Source: Botryllus schlosseri (Eukaryota). Taken from it: a DNA stretch of 64,000 nt. A program made the position numbers and the translations under genes. The notes beneath the pieces are model-generated. The model did no database searches. It saw only the letters and a program-made list of their open reading frames with translations, and was not told the DNA's origin. Shown one piece after another: positions 12,001-23,640 of the stretch. How positions within the stretch are numbered: position 1 is the stretch's first letter; every line of letters starts with the position of its first letter. The stretch lies in NCBI GenBank assembly GCA_051294905.1, contig CM119371.1, forward strand, positions 27,902,001 through 27,966,000. Direction: 5' to 3'.

Positions 12001-13965
12001 GCAACCTTGTTGGCCAATTGTATACGGTTCCAAAATCATGATCACTATGCATTACGCGAAATGGGAGAGATGATAAAAACGTGATTTCGTTGCACATGTC
12101 GATATGACGAGCACGAGCCGAGAAATTCCGTCTCATCATTGCTATGAATCGGATAAGCAAATACTCGTTTTTTCGTGATAGTTCTTTAGTCGGGCCACGA
12201 AAGTGGACAGTGTTATTGCGAGTATGCAATTATGCATGCTAATTGCAATTCATTACTGCGCATCATTGTCATTCACTCCAGTAAGGATTTTCGAGCTTAA
12301 ATAGGGGATGGCAGAAGATTAGGCCAAAACCCCATTGTATTCTATGTTGGAGACAAGCTACTGATTTAATACGCGATTTCCAATTTGTAATCATCTGTTT
12401 CGTAAACTTGTAAATGTGCAATGTGCATACTGCATAGTTTAATTCGTTATGGGCATGGCGCAATGTGCATGGCACAGTGTTTATTCCGATTATTCGATTC
12501 ATTTCAACGGGAAAATATTATTCCGATAAATTTGATCGACACCGGATGGACTGGTTACGAGTGCACCAATATCGAACGTCAAACCATTGGCCATTTGGTA
12601 CAAATCGAATTTCTATTGATCACGTCGTTATATCCGGCCTTTTTGCCCTTACTACAGTTACAGTTGAATAATAATCGCACATTTAAAGATTGAATTGAGC
12701 TGTATGGCCTAATGGTAATGAGTACAGTGCCAGTGTTAAATCGCTGCATCAGAATTTTAATGCTGTGGCACGGAGTAAAGTGCTTTTTTAGTTTATTGTA
12801 ATGTACGACGATTTACTAAAAATGTGACTGGACCCTGTATCTGCCAATGCGTCGAAACTGATATTTTATTCCAGTCATCAACATCCCAAGTGCCGCGGCC
12901 AGACTAATCATATTTTTGGTTGGCCTAGCGAGTTCACAATCTGATCAATCAATCAATTTCGATAATATAACAGAATTTCGATAATATAATGTGAAATTAG
13001 CTCGCGGGCTACTCAAAGCCTTCTCGCAGGCCACATATGGCTCGCAGGCCGCGGGTTGCTCACCCCCGATACAGACAGACACCTTCGATAGTTTTCAGAG
13101 CCGGTGCCGGAGCTGGAGCCGGAGCGGTGGTAATAATGCTGCTCCGGAGGTGGAGCCGGAGCTGATGTATGATAGAAGAAAGCTCCGGAGCCGGAGCTGG
13201 AGCAATGCAAATTTACGGCTGCTCCGAATCCCTGATTTAAACAACACTTAAATTTAGCATGCTGAATGTCATTGCTTAATGTCGTTACAATGAATTTATA
13301 AATTATAACGACACCATAACCCGTAGCTGTGCCATTTGGTATCATGATAAAAGTCGAACAGAAACTGTTCAAAAATATTAATACTTTTGATAACCATAGA
13401 ATATTGATACAGTCGGATATGCGGGAAATGGCACTCACGCGTTTCCTTGTCGCCGTAAAACCGGTATCGTGTGTCCCAGAAATATTCTCAAATGGGATTC
13501 GCGGTCGCGAAACGGAATGATGACAGCGATGCGTTGCACCCGAGCGCTGCTTCGCGGCCCGTGAATAACCGCAACACTGTCCGATGTGACATTGAACTTG
13601 TTGATGAAACTCCCAAGATACGTAGAGCTTGGATTGACAGGATAATCTTCGCCTAGTTCATTCCAATAATTTTTCTCCGACGAATCCATATCAACGAGAA
13701 TCTTTCCTAGCAAACCTCCAGCATCAGTATGGTGTGATCTGATCACCGTAATTTCGTCGCAATGAACTGTCCGGGTGATTGTCATTGTATCTCTCAGCAA
13801 TTGCACATTAAATGCGGCATTTTTTTCGGCTAGTCCCTTCGAAGTCGAACTTTTTCTTGATTTCGCTATCACCGCGATTCTGTCGGTATAGTGGACGAGC
13901 AAAGAAACGGTGCACATAGTGAATATTCCTACCAAAATCACGGTCCATGATTTCGATATTCTCAT
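2910..13965 (-). CDS. Beta-1,4-galactosyltransferase / beta-1,4-N-acetylgalactosaminyltransferase-like glycosyltransferase (GT7 family); whole 6-exon gene span, 374 aa type II Golgi protein
   Basis: Six exons (527+174+124+113+84+103 = 1125 nt) join in frame with GT-AG boundaries. The product has an N-terminal TM anchor, RIAVIIPFRDR, FNKG, DCFIFHDVD (DxD), GGV, NGFPNNFWGWGGEDD, MxxH and DGL motifs in the same order as B4GALT1. Confidence 0.95.
3041..4136. mobile_element. Non-autonomous DNA transposon rich in GACTCGAGTC/ACTTG subterminal repeats, with an internal ~230-bp tandem duplication
   Basis: Starts CAGTGTTGGGATGAC (same end as at 16179). 3670-3880 is duplicated at 3923-4126. Right end degenerate; no TSD found. 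Confidence 0.6.
4178..4261 (-). CDS. GT7 gene coding exon 5 (MxxH metal-binding loop)
   Basis: tttttag|A TTC...: FTMITHGVDKLNPRNSGRIQALKKSTEA; donor GC|gtacgt. Confidence 0.9.
4586..5039. mobile_element. MITE with GGTTACCA-type TIRs (same family as 57135..57444)
   Basis: taggattaccac ... tggtaacctta; internal tgtaaaggatgacg..ttgccaaaaa..aggacatt block shared with the 57.3 kb copy; no TSD found. Confidence 0.6.
5374..6896 (+). mobile_element. Degraded piggyBac (PGBD4-like) transposon in intron 4 of the GT7 gene
   Basis: TTAA at 5370-5373, then a 21-bp TIR (acatagaactacctagaacta / tagttctaggtagttcgaagt, 19/21). Broken + strand peptides EAHRVTGHDN*, GDIIDQVVRQYSI, ASR*WSTHVF..NVIDL resemble piggyBac transposase segments. 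Right-hand TTAA is lost. Confidence 0.8.
7278..7420. mobile_element. 143-bp hAT-type MITE with CCGGAG repeats, inserted at the splice donor of GT7 exon 4
   Basis: 11-bp TIR tagggcggagc / gctccgcacta (1 mismatch); 8-bp flanks gtacgtgc (7270-7277) and gtacctgc (7421-7428). Confidence 0.8.
7425..7537 (-). CDS. GT7 gene coding exon 4 (WGWGGEDD motif)
   Basis: ttttag|GTC...: VNGFPNNFWGWGGEDDALNERIKKKGLRISRPNPELGR; donor AG|gtacta. Confidence 0.95.
8496..8643. repeat. Intronic tandem duplication (~75 bp x2)
   Basis: tgctactgta.cgatacata...ccacatgccg.cattg.cacataaa.tattgacaa occurs twice. Confidence 0.8.
8691..8814 (-). CDS. GT7 gene coding exon 3
   Basis: acatag|A TGC...: CSKGDIVDHLSTSVSKFEYDPLCCGMTVGGVLAMTSDQYEK; donor AAG|gtagga; phases fit both neighbours. 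Confidence 0.9.
10381..10554 (-). CDS. GT7 gene coding exon 2 (FNKG and DVD motifs)
   Basis: ttgtag|G TTC...: FSIFVVEQIGNDTFNKGRIMNSGFKHARAVGNKVNVTFDCFIFHDVDMLVESDNLLYR; donor AG|gtagtg. Confidence 0.95.
11583..13234. mobile_element. Non-autonomous hAT with GGAGCC subterminal arrays, in intron 1 of the GT7 gene
   Basis: Ends CAGGGCTTTAGAGC / GCTCCGAATCCCTG; exact 8-bp TSD atttaaac (11575-11582, 13235-13242). Confidence 0.9.
13439..13965 (-). CDS. GT7 gene coding exon 1 (TM anchor, stem, start of catalytic domain)
   Basis: ccgccATG start at 13965; MRISKSWTVILVGIFTMCTVSLLVHY...RIAVIIPFRDRESHLRIFLGHTIPVLRRQGN; donor GC|gtgagt (phase 2). Confidence 0.93.
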
Positions 13966-14156
13966 GGCGGAAAACTGGATCTGAAGGTTTTACTGTTAAT
14001 ATCACAGGCCAACAGATTTTTTCTTTTCGAAAATCATGATATGCTAGCTCGATGTATGGGCAATTGGGCATATCAGGTGCGCCGAGTCCGAAAATACAAT
14101 TGCTTTTGTCGAATTGGCTCTTACTTTTTCAGATATTGCTTCTTCCTACACATACC

Positions 14157-14691
14157 CAGGGTTGCAACCAAGTCACAAGGCTCCGAGTCACAAGTCAATC
14201 TCAATTTTATAGTTTTGACTTGAGTCAAGTCGAGTCATTTTGAATTGACCACCGAGTCAAGTCCGAGTCCAAGTCACTGAGCAGAGGGTCGAGTCCGAGT
14301 CATGGTATTATGACTCGAGTCCGAGTCCAAGTCATTATGTTGACGGCTCAGTTTCCAGTTAAAGTCTTGTTAAGCCCACTTTCATAACTGTATTTGGTGA
14401 TATCGAATGGTTCGCATTTATAATTTACTAATTTTTCTCACTTTTAGTAGTTTATGGTCTGATTTTCAATTACCATACCGATAGACGAAATCCCAATAGT
14501 GTGGTAACTTTACTATTCTTCGAAATTACAATGAAATGTAGGTCTTGGCCGTCTGAGTCTCGAGTCATATGACTTGGTTCGAGTCATGCGCAATGACTAA
14601 ACTCCAAGTCGAGTCATTTCCGTATTTTGAGGAAATGAATCGAGTCAAGTCGAGTCATCAGAAAATCGAGACTCGAGTCATTACAACCCTG
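14157..14691. mobile_element. hAT-type MITE with GAGTC-rich repeats, just upstream of the GT7 start codon
   Basis: TIR cagggttgcaa / ttacaaccctg; exact TSD cacatacc. A related left end is at ~8929. Confidence 0.9.
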
Positions 14692-15490
14692 CACATACCC
14701 CACGGAAATGGTATGCTAGTCGGTAACACAGAGTATCTTCAGCTTAGAGGGGGGGGGTGAATATGGCATTAGACGAGTTTATATCATCTCCCATCCTGTA
14801 GGCCTACTAACACATGCGTTGTAGCGCACCGATTAGGAAATAGTTAGTTTTATCCTGAAAGTTATCATTTAGACTTTGGAAAGAGGCTATTTTCCTGAGA
14901 AATTACGTTTTGTTGGCCGGAGTCATTTGCAGGGGACCAATATGGTGACGTTGAGAAACGGTATGATGGTATAAACGGAATTAATTGGTATTAGGGTACA
15001 TAGGTTTGAAGGATGGGCAACGCACCTGTCAAATTAACTTACCATAAGGAGGGATGAGCACAACGATTCGAGAATAAAAATCTAAGCCAAGTCAAGTATT
15101 GAATGTAGTGACTCGAGTTGATGAGTAAAAGTGGATAGTAAGTGCAGATGTTATGTACTTCGTCCGACATGAAACTTCGTTAACGGCGTAAACATCTGTT
15201 TGTCTGTGTCATAGCACCAAGATAATGTAGCGCGAAGCTTTTCCCGTTTGCAGGGATACAACTGTCTGCGTGGTGATCAAACCAGAGCATTCAATAGTGC
15301 AGTGCTTTTTAACCTTTTGGGCACCATCCTCGATTTTTATGCAATATAAAGTTCATCCGCACAAACCTATCTAAAGCTGATACAAAGAAAAATTGAAGAT
15401 ATGTTACAATATTTTGTCCAGATGTGAAACCACTAAGCAACAAGTAGGCTACCGGTTCAAGCCATTAATTGTCACATCAAAAAGATAGCG

Positions 15491-15529
15491 CGCGAGAGAG
15501 AGAGATAGAGAGAGAGAGCGAGAGAGTGA
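15491..15529. repeat. (GA)n microsatellite
   Basis: Imperfect GA run. Confidence 0.85.
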
Positions 15530-15997
15530 GCAAATGATCAATGAAGCAATGTCTTGGCGAAGTAGGGCAACAGTGTTAATATAAAGACAAAAGGTGATTA
15601 CGTAGTAGGGATGGTGTGAACCTCTGAAAGGTTCAGTTTCGTGTGAACGCGAACCTTTTTGAAAGGTTCTGTGTGAACGCGAACGTGAACCTCATGACGT
15701 CATGTGACGTCATATTGGTAATTCCAACCCTATATTTCAATGAAGTGATAGCCTATATTAATGTACACTAGTACATGGACACATTGTACAGTGTACACGA
15801 TACAGAGCGATGACTCGGGCCACTTAATTCCACAATGCTGAAGTACATATTGACGTTTTAAACGTCGCTAAATGTATCAACTGGGACAATAAAATGATAA
15901 AATAATCTCATAAAATCAATATCTTCCGTTGCTTTGCCAACAATTTCGACGCGGACTTGCAAGTAAATATATAAGCTTACGCCTGAACGGTCTAGGC

Positions 15998-18581
15998 CAG
16001 CGGTTCTCAACCGGGGGTCCGCGAGACCGCTGAATGTTTAAAATGGTCAATAACCTAATTTTTATTTTATTTTCTAATTTGAGAAATCATGAGGCAGTTT
16101 CGCACCATAACTGCTAAAACCTCATGACTCGTATCATAATAATAATCGTCTGACATAAACTATTGTAGTGTGGAAATCAGTGTTGGGATCAAGTCACTAC
16201 CTTCGAGTCACGAGTCATTTCGAGTCATTGCACATTTTGACTCGAGTCAAGTCAAGTCACTCGATTTTTGGAGGTGACTCAAGTCAAGTCAAGTCACATT
16301 TCAAGTCAAGTTGCCTTTTCGAAGTAGGCTATGTATATGAGGCATGATTACGTCATTGCAATTTGCTAGCTGTCTGAAATACCTGCTGATACAAAAATAT
16401 TGCTGTTTAGAGACGTTTTGTTGGGGTTTGTTAAAAAAATAAAAATATGGAGATAGTAACGTCAATCAGGGTGACTTCGTAATGTCTGCGAAACCTTCTC
16501 GATTTGAAGTTGTCAGTCTCATCAAATTAGTGTTCAGTCGTTTGAAATAAAAATCCCAATGCGGGGATTGAAACCTCGCTACGAAATCGATTTTATCGGG
16601 TGATATACATAACCACTATTTGAACAGCTTCTTGGAGGTACAGAACTTAAATATACAATTGAATAGTATATTCATATTGAAATGAACCCTAATACTTTCG
16701 GCTGACACTCGTCATAAATCGGACAATGATATACCTGCTCTTGATGCTCGGCTATCAGATTTGTCGCATTCTTTTTGCGGATGCCCTATATCAGTGGTCG
16801 GGAACCTTCGTTGTTCGAAGAGCCATTTTGGCCCTATTTTTTCAATCAACTCCCAAAGAGCCATACATGCCAATGAACTTTTACGTCACAATTGAAAATT
16901 CGTGACGTCATGTTAGGACTAATTCGAACTTGTACACGGGATTCCTTGTGTGCGCCATATTTTCTCTGTAAAACTGGTATTTATTGTTCGAAAATAAAGC
17001 TCGAAACGAGAGGTAAGGCACAGGTGGGCCAAGATTGATACCGCAATTCATCGTTCATAGCTTCGAATTTATTATAACTGATATTAATCGCATGTGACTT
17101 TCACACTGATTCCGAAATTCTAAATACTTATCGACTTCTCAATTCTCAAAGTATCCGGCTGTAACATTTACATAACGTTGCGCTACACGACTGCATTTTA
17201 TCGCCGGTACTACACAGAGCTAAGCTTACTAATAAAGAACATGGATAGCTATGACGTTGTTTGTAATTTTCACATTCATGCACAACAGTTCATTTTGCGC
17301 CGTAGATCAGAAAGACAATGCGTATTGGAAAACAGCGTTTTGAAATGGGCGTCGCCATGTATGCTATATGCTCTTTGAATAATCAACGCATTGCACAATT
17401 CAAGATTTCGAGTCGGGTGCCTAGAATTCGTGAGTGATGTTAGCCGCCGGCGCGACAATAGCTTAAATTTGATGATTTTGAAAAGAGGGGGTCCGAGCCC
17501 CTAAACCTGAAAACGACATCGTCTTTACCTCTCAAAGACAAGTTTATACTGCCACGAGAATAATTGTTCTGGCCGTGATGAAAATTTACCAACCAGTCGC
17601 TGTAATGTTGATCAATTCAGCAAAAAATAAATATTTGGCAAAGAGCCATATCTTATACCCAAAAGAGCCATATATGGCTCGCGAGCCATAGGTTCCCGAC
17701 CACTGCCCTATATCGACAAGGCTGGTTTTTTGATGAACAAGGAGTGTTTCGTTGCTATCAAAGCACTACGCTCCAACCGTAAAATTCATACCACCAGTTA
17801 TATTGGTATGCAGCCTTGTCTTGTTAATGTTCAATTGTTCATGGTCGAAAATGTTTGCTCGTAAATATCAGGGATATATAGAACTCCAATAGTTCTATAT
17901 ATCACTGGTATATATATATGTAATCCCGAACAGAACACGTCGTTGTATGACAGTCATTCGGTCTTTCACAGGTTGGAAAACTTGGATCCATAATTTGGCG
18001 CATAAACTTTGTCGATACTTTTAGATTAGGATTTAACTTTGACGGTAGAAAGTCTCTGCGAGGGCAGATCAAAATGCCGTCGCAGGCCCAAGCCGACCCG
18101 CGGTTCTTATGTTGCCCGTCGCTGCGCTAGATCCTGGATGTGATATGTTCATAAAATATAATTTTCTTCGTTTTGGCGCCATAAATGTTACGATCATACG
18201 AAAAGTATCGCCGGAAGCCTTATGCGTTAATATTACATTAGCCTCCATCTATATTTGCGGAAATGGTTTTCGGCACTCCTCGTTCATATCAAAACGAAGA
18301 CACGGATTTTCAAGACACGACCACGTACTTCAAGAAATACAGCAGCCAAATTAGCTTTGAAATAACAAAAGTCTATCAATTTCTACATAAATAGTATGAT
18401 GGTATTTTTAAGAAAAATCATCATTTTGCTGTTTATCACAAACCTACAGTTCATATTTGCACAAGACAGATATGAAGGTTGCACCATAATAGAGCTAAAA
18501 TTGAACTGAAACTTAAGGGGTCCGCGAGGGTCCGTGACGGTCAGAAGGGGTCCGCGAAGCCAAAAAGATTGAGAACCACTT
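15998..18581. mobile_element. Charlie/Buster-type hAT MITE nested in 15606..19172
   Basis: cagcggttctcaa ... ttgagaaccactt; flanks gtctaggc / gtctgggc (1 mismatch). Related fragments at ~10030-10254 and ~27060-27449. Confidence 0.75.
16792..17705. mobile_element. Charlie/Buster-type hAT MITE, innermost nested element
   Basis: Perfect TIR cagtggtcgggaacct / aggttcccgaccactg; exact TSD ccctatat; AAGAGCCA subterminal motifs. Confidence 0.92.
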
Positions 18582-19742
18582 GTCTGGGCCACAGCGGACA
18601 ATGTATTTCTACGTTGATATCGAGCAGAGTGTAAAACCGGTTTGGCCGATATTACTCCATTAACAAGTTATAGAGCAGTGCCAACACCCCAATCGCAGGG
18701 ATTTGGTTTTTATGATACAGTAAACACATGACCCCGCACGCTTGCTAGATTTTTTACATCAGACAACGATATCAATCTCATTAATTGGTTGAATTAGCAT
18801 CATTCTCTGACTACATGTAGTGTATTTCGCTCTTGATGTTGTGTGATTGCGGGTCAAGCTCACGGCAGAAAGTCATTAAATATTCCCAAACGGAAAGCTG
18901 GATATTTCGAGCAAACTTTTGTAACAAAGCAAGTAAAAGTTTTGAGATTGTCAAGGTTCATACTCGTTTAGTGTTGATTTTTTTATGCTGCCATCGCCGT
19001 GCATAGAGTGGCATTTATACCAAAGATGCCCTAAATCAAATGAAAATTGTAATATATAAAAAAGGTTCACAGTTTAGAATCTCCCAAAGGTTCGTTTGTG
19101 AACGTGAACCTCTAAATTTCAGAGGTTCACACACAGAACGCGAACGTGAACCTCACGTTCACACCATCCCTATTACGTAGGTCTTTTTTTGATCTATTAT
19201 ATGGCAATTCACGGATATGCGGCATTACAGAAAACTGTTGCAAATGTGAGTCTGTGGTGGTGGTATTTACTTCATGTCTCGTGCCATTCGAACCCCTATC
19301 ACCAAATTAAGCTGCTTTTTGAAAGAAATATAGCAGAAAGGTATTTTCACGTCATTTTCCACGCGTGTCGTAGGCGCAGACGTGATGATTCAGTGCATGT
19401 CCGGTCCGCCCTCACACCCGTTTTTGAACCAGGCTTTTGATTACGTAATAATGATATTGCAGAAGTATTCATTCACTACGACTGGTGCGAGGCGAAGTCA
19501 TTGTAAAACGTACGATTAGTGGAGTCGCGTAAGTCAAATAAGTTTTTACAAATGTGTCGCAACGATAAAACTTGAGTAGAACTTCTCTCAAGTTTTCTAT
19601 TAAGTTTATTTAAAAATGCCGCGACAGAGAAAGTGACAATTATGCACAATTTCCATCCACACCACGGTTTCCACCCGCACTGCATTTTTTTCTTCCGCAC
19701 TAGTGTCTACCATCCGTCAGGCTGAATGAAAAGCACTGACAT

Positions 19743-20215
19743 TAGGGTTGCATTTAAAACAAATGGTTCAGTGTTTTAGCCAAAGGCCTTTAAAATAACA
19801 AAATTGTGTTTTTTCTAGTTGTAAAGTCATGCCATAATTGTGTAAATACTTTCCAAAAACACGTTGTTTGTGTATTTTCTAGTTGTAAAGTCATGCCATA
19901 CTTGTGTAAATACTTTCCAGCAACACGTTGTATGGGCCTACAGACAATTACCACCCCATAGAGCCGATGCACACGATATGGGATGGTTGGATCCCTCAAG
20001 ATAGTCGGTTCAACAGCTAGAGTACGTAGACATTCGTCAAAGGAGCTAAATTTACCCTATATTTACAATTTTTCAATGTAAATCCACTATGACATCACAT
20101 TTGAATATTCGTGTCGTCATAGCCTAAGAAATATAATAAAAAACATGTTTTAAACAAGGGACCTGTATTAAACATGTTTGTTTTAAATTGATTTTTGTTT
20201 TAAATGCCATACCGT
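19743..20215. mobile_element. MITE with TAGGGTTGCATTTAAAAC end and an internal ~63-bp duplication; second partial copy from 23291
   Basis: Identical left ends at 19743 and 23291 with shared downstream sequence; right end degenerate (ttttaaatgcc). Confidence 0.55.
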
Positions 20216-20837
20216 AACTGACGTAGTGTATACCATATTTATGGGTAACAAATAAGAGTGCATTTATTTTGCTTGGTGTAACTTGCATTATATTCGTTCA
20301 GATCGCGTGAAAGATACATATTTGACCTTTGCAATTCGATCGTACTAAGTGATAGCGAATGGTACACTACACGAACACTTGAAGATTTTACTACACTCGT
20401 ACTCGAATCAGTCAGGTACTGGACTGCGCAGCACTAACCGTAGACTGCATGTATGCGGTGTTTACAAAGCCCATAGCGAAAGTAGGCCGTGCTACAAGTG
20501 GGTAGGTAGGTCAGGGATAATAAGCAATATCGGCCTGGTGTAAAATGGTTATCGATGTCTAAGCACCGCGAATACTAAACCAACACTGTGAATACTACCA
20601 ACAACAACAAACGCATAACGGAATTGGCATTGACGGCTTTCATTCGAGAGAAACCAGACACTTTTCCATTGACGGGCGACTGCGAGAGCACTCTAATCGA
20701 TCCTGGTACTGACCGCAAAACTTGGGAATCGAGAGAAAACGTGAATAGGTCACGTAGAGAATCGCCTCTGCTCTCGAACTTTCGATATTACAAACTAGAC
20801 TTTTGCGCATATTTGGGGGCGGAGATGAAGTCTAGGT

Positions 20838-21967
20838 TAGGGTTGCCATACGTCCAATATTTCCCGGACATGACCGGAATTTCACTGAAAAATCTGCGTC
20901 CGGGAGGAATTTCTAAAATATGCCTAAATGTCCGGAATTTTGAAGGCTTGAAGCAGGCTCAAAAGTTTTTCGTAAATCAACATAACAATATTATTTTCAA
21001 GCAGATTTATGCTATTCAAAATTGTTCTTCGCGCCGCGGGCGAGTCAATGCAGGGTATAATGATATTAGTATGGGCTCCAGGCACCACCCTCGCCAAAAA
21101 ATGCAATCAAAATAAATATAAATAACCATCATTTACTGAAAGAAGTCTGATTGTAATCGCAATTATAAGCTAACGATATATTCCTAGAGTTGGTTAAGGC
21201 CGATTGGATGCTTCAATCACAGACAGTGGCTCCAAATCTTGGGGTCGTCCGCCTTTATCTGGAGATCGCGATGATGTTAGACGTAATCCGCTTCCTAGGC
21301 CGTGAGTAAGTTGGGCAAGCTGAATTCTTTTAGTAATCAGCAAGTCTTGAGCTTTGCCACAGAACATTTTCAAGTGGGAAATGAGGTCGCGAGCATAAAA
21401 GGTTGGAAATCACCGAATGTGCAACCTGCTGGTGCATTTTATAGTCGCCTAATATATCGAAGAATCAATATTATTGACAGAGTTCATACATAAAATTTAA
21501 CAGCCAAATGTATATAGTAAGTGCCCAACAAGTTACATCGACTACGCTATGGTGGGCCCAAGATCAGTGCTTTTTGGGCGGAAGGGGGGGGGGGAGAAAA
21601 AAATGTTGTTTCGGACCTGATTAAAACAGATACAGATAAACAGACAGCCGCACCGACGTAGCTGTATAGCAGGGCTGTCAAACACAATACTGACAGGCCT
21701 GAAACGGCCCGCCAGATGATTTCATCCGGCCCGTGGAGGAATCTATTGCAAACCCTAGCAAGTAGCAATCACCAGAGCTCACATTACAGATGGCCCAATT
21801 CATAACCTATGTTCCACTTCATTCCTGTATAGTGTATGCAGTCGATGAGCAATGCTTTGCTAGTGTGACGTCATATTGACGGTCAATGTGTTACACCTCA
21901 TTTTAAAATCCGCTAGTGGGCGCTAAAAAGAGTCCGGAATTTGCTTCACAAAAATATGGCAACCCTA
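20838..21967. mobile_element. Non-autonomous DNA transposon (TAGGGTTGCCATA TIR) with nested fragments
   Basis: tagggttgccata / tatggcaacccta; exact 8-bp TSD gtctaggt. Confidence 0.9.
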
Positions 21968-22001
21968 GTCTAGGTAGCACATGAAACTGCATGGTCTACG
22001 A

Positions 22002-23075
22002 CAGGGGGGGGCAAACTTTTGAGCTCGCGGGCCGCATTCAACATCTGAATCCATTCGCGGGCCGCACTATGTAAAATTGGGATTATAATCCAAAATGCAT
22101 TATTGGTATTTGATTATATAATGAGGACTAGGAGGTAATATATATGCTTAGCAAACCAGATTGCTTTGATGATATTGCACACGCGCCAGAAACAGTGGCG
22201 AGATTTCATAGGCTGATCGACCTCAATAACCTATAGAGATGAAAGTCGGCTGTTCTGATCTTAGAACAGGATTGACATGTAAATCTGTGAGCAGCTATCT
22301 GTTGATAGATTTACTAATTCCACTTTTGGCTCAATTCCAGGACCCGCAATGCTGACAGCATCATAACCATGTTAGCTTCAAACACGCTTCCACTATATGT
22401 AGATAAAATATAAATACCCTAATTCTACGCATACAGAGAACGAACTTACCTAAGACACGCGCGAATCGTTGCATCACTGAAATATTGAAAATGAAGTGGC
22501 CAATCAGAAATCACAGTCGTGATCCGAAATATGTCAATGTCGCTTGGGATTTCTGTGATGCTTACCTGTTGAACCCTCTCAAACTGCGTGGGCCTTGCGA
22601 TTTGGCTGCCGCGCTAAAAATTGAACTATTGAGGTATTTAACTTGGAACAGTGATTATCAAACTTTGGAAGCCCCCCCCCCTCCATATGATGGTGAAAGA
22701 CTTCGCGCCGCCCCCCTTAGCTAGCAAACCTAACGGATAGTTTAATGGCGTGGAAGGTTACGACTGTGGATGAGAGCTTCTTAAATATGTAATTGAGGCT
22801 AAATATCGAATAATGACTGTAAATAGGTTGGAAATCGCGCTAGGCGCGAAAAAAAATTTCATTTGAGCTCAGCTTCACGCCCCCCTTCAGATGCCTAACG
22901 CCCTCCGGTTTGGGAAATACTGCTTTAGAATTATCATGGTGAAATATACTAAGAATTCGATTTTTAGTACGCATTTCATCAATATTTTTAATAAGTTTCT
23001 TTAGACTCTCGCGGGCCGCACAGAACGGTGTTGCGGGCCGCATGCGGCCCGCGGGCCGTAGTTTGCCCACCCCTG
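22002..23075. mobile_element. Charlie/Buster-type hAT MITE
   Basis: cagggggggggcaaact / agtttgcccacccctg; GCGGGCC subterminal motifs; exact TSD gtctacga. Confidence 0.9.
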
Positions 23076-23640
23076 GTCTACGATATCTGCTTATCCCGTA
23101 ATTATGAGACGACTAATGACCAACCTACACGAGGCCGCGATCGACGTTCGAATTTCAGTACACCCGGCGAATGATAGTAATTTCCCTCAGTTTTAGGCTC
23201 TGCAACGGTCCAGCTATAGATCTTGCGTAAGAAGACGTGAAAACATTGTCAACATCACGACATCAAGTATTTAATGCATGGTGCTGTGATTAGGGTTGCA
23301 TTTAAAACAAATGGTTGCCTTATAAAACCAAAAAAATAAGTTTTATAATTATGTCATAATTTTCTAAATACTTTTCAAAACGACATGTTGTATGAGCCTA
23401 CAGACGATTATCACCCAATATAGTCGACGTATACGATATGGGATGGTTGAAACCTCATTCGACAACTAGAACGGAGTAATCAATACCAGTCAGCCCTCAA
23501 GTTTCCCGGACAACGACCAAACATATCGATCTCGCCTTCCGACACACTCCACCTCTTTTTACCGCCGGTTCATACTATCTTCTTTTACTTTTCATTCAGT
23601 GTGCACGCCTACTGTTAACATCGCCTAGGCCATCTGGAGC

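Larger units (their letters stand above)
15606..19172. mobile_element. Ac-type hAT non-autonomous element (TAGGGATG ends) carrying nested insertions
   Basis: 16-bp TIR tagggatggtgtgaac / gttcacaccatcccta; exact TSD ttacgtag; gtgaacgcgaac subterminal repeats at both ends. Confidence 0.92.

Noticed and set aside
13013..13438. 141-aa minus-strand ORF directly after GT7 exon 1
   Set aside because: Begins at the intron donor GT and is kept open by GGAGCC repeats of an intronic transposon.
3041..16320. Regularly recurring GACTCGAGTC/ACTTGA and GGAGCC motifs that superficially resemble CRISPR or iteron arrays
   Set aside because: No constant repeat-spacer period and no cas genes; the motifs are subterminal repeats of TIR elements, several with exact 8-bp TSDs, in a eukaryotic context.
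20588..21115. 175-aa ORF
   Set aside because: GTG start inside a SINE tail, runs across a MITE boundary at 20838, no recognisable domain.
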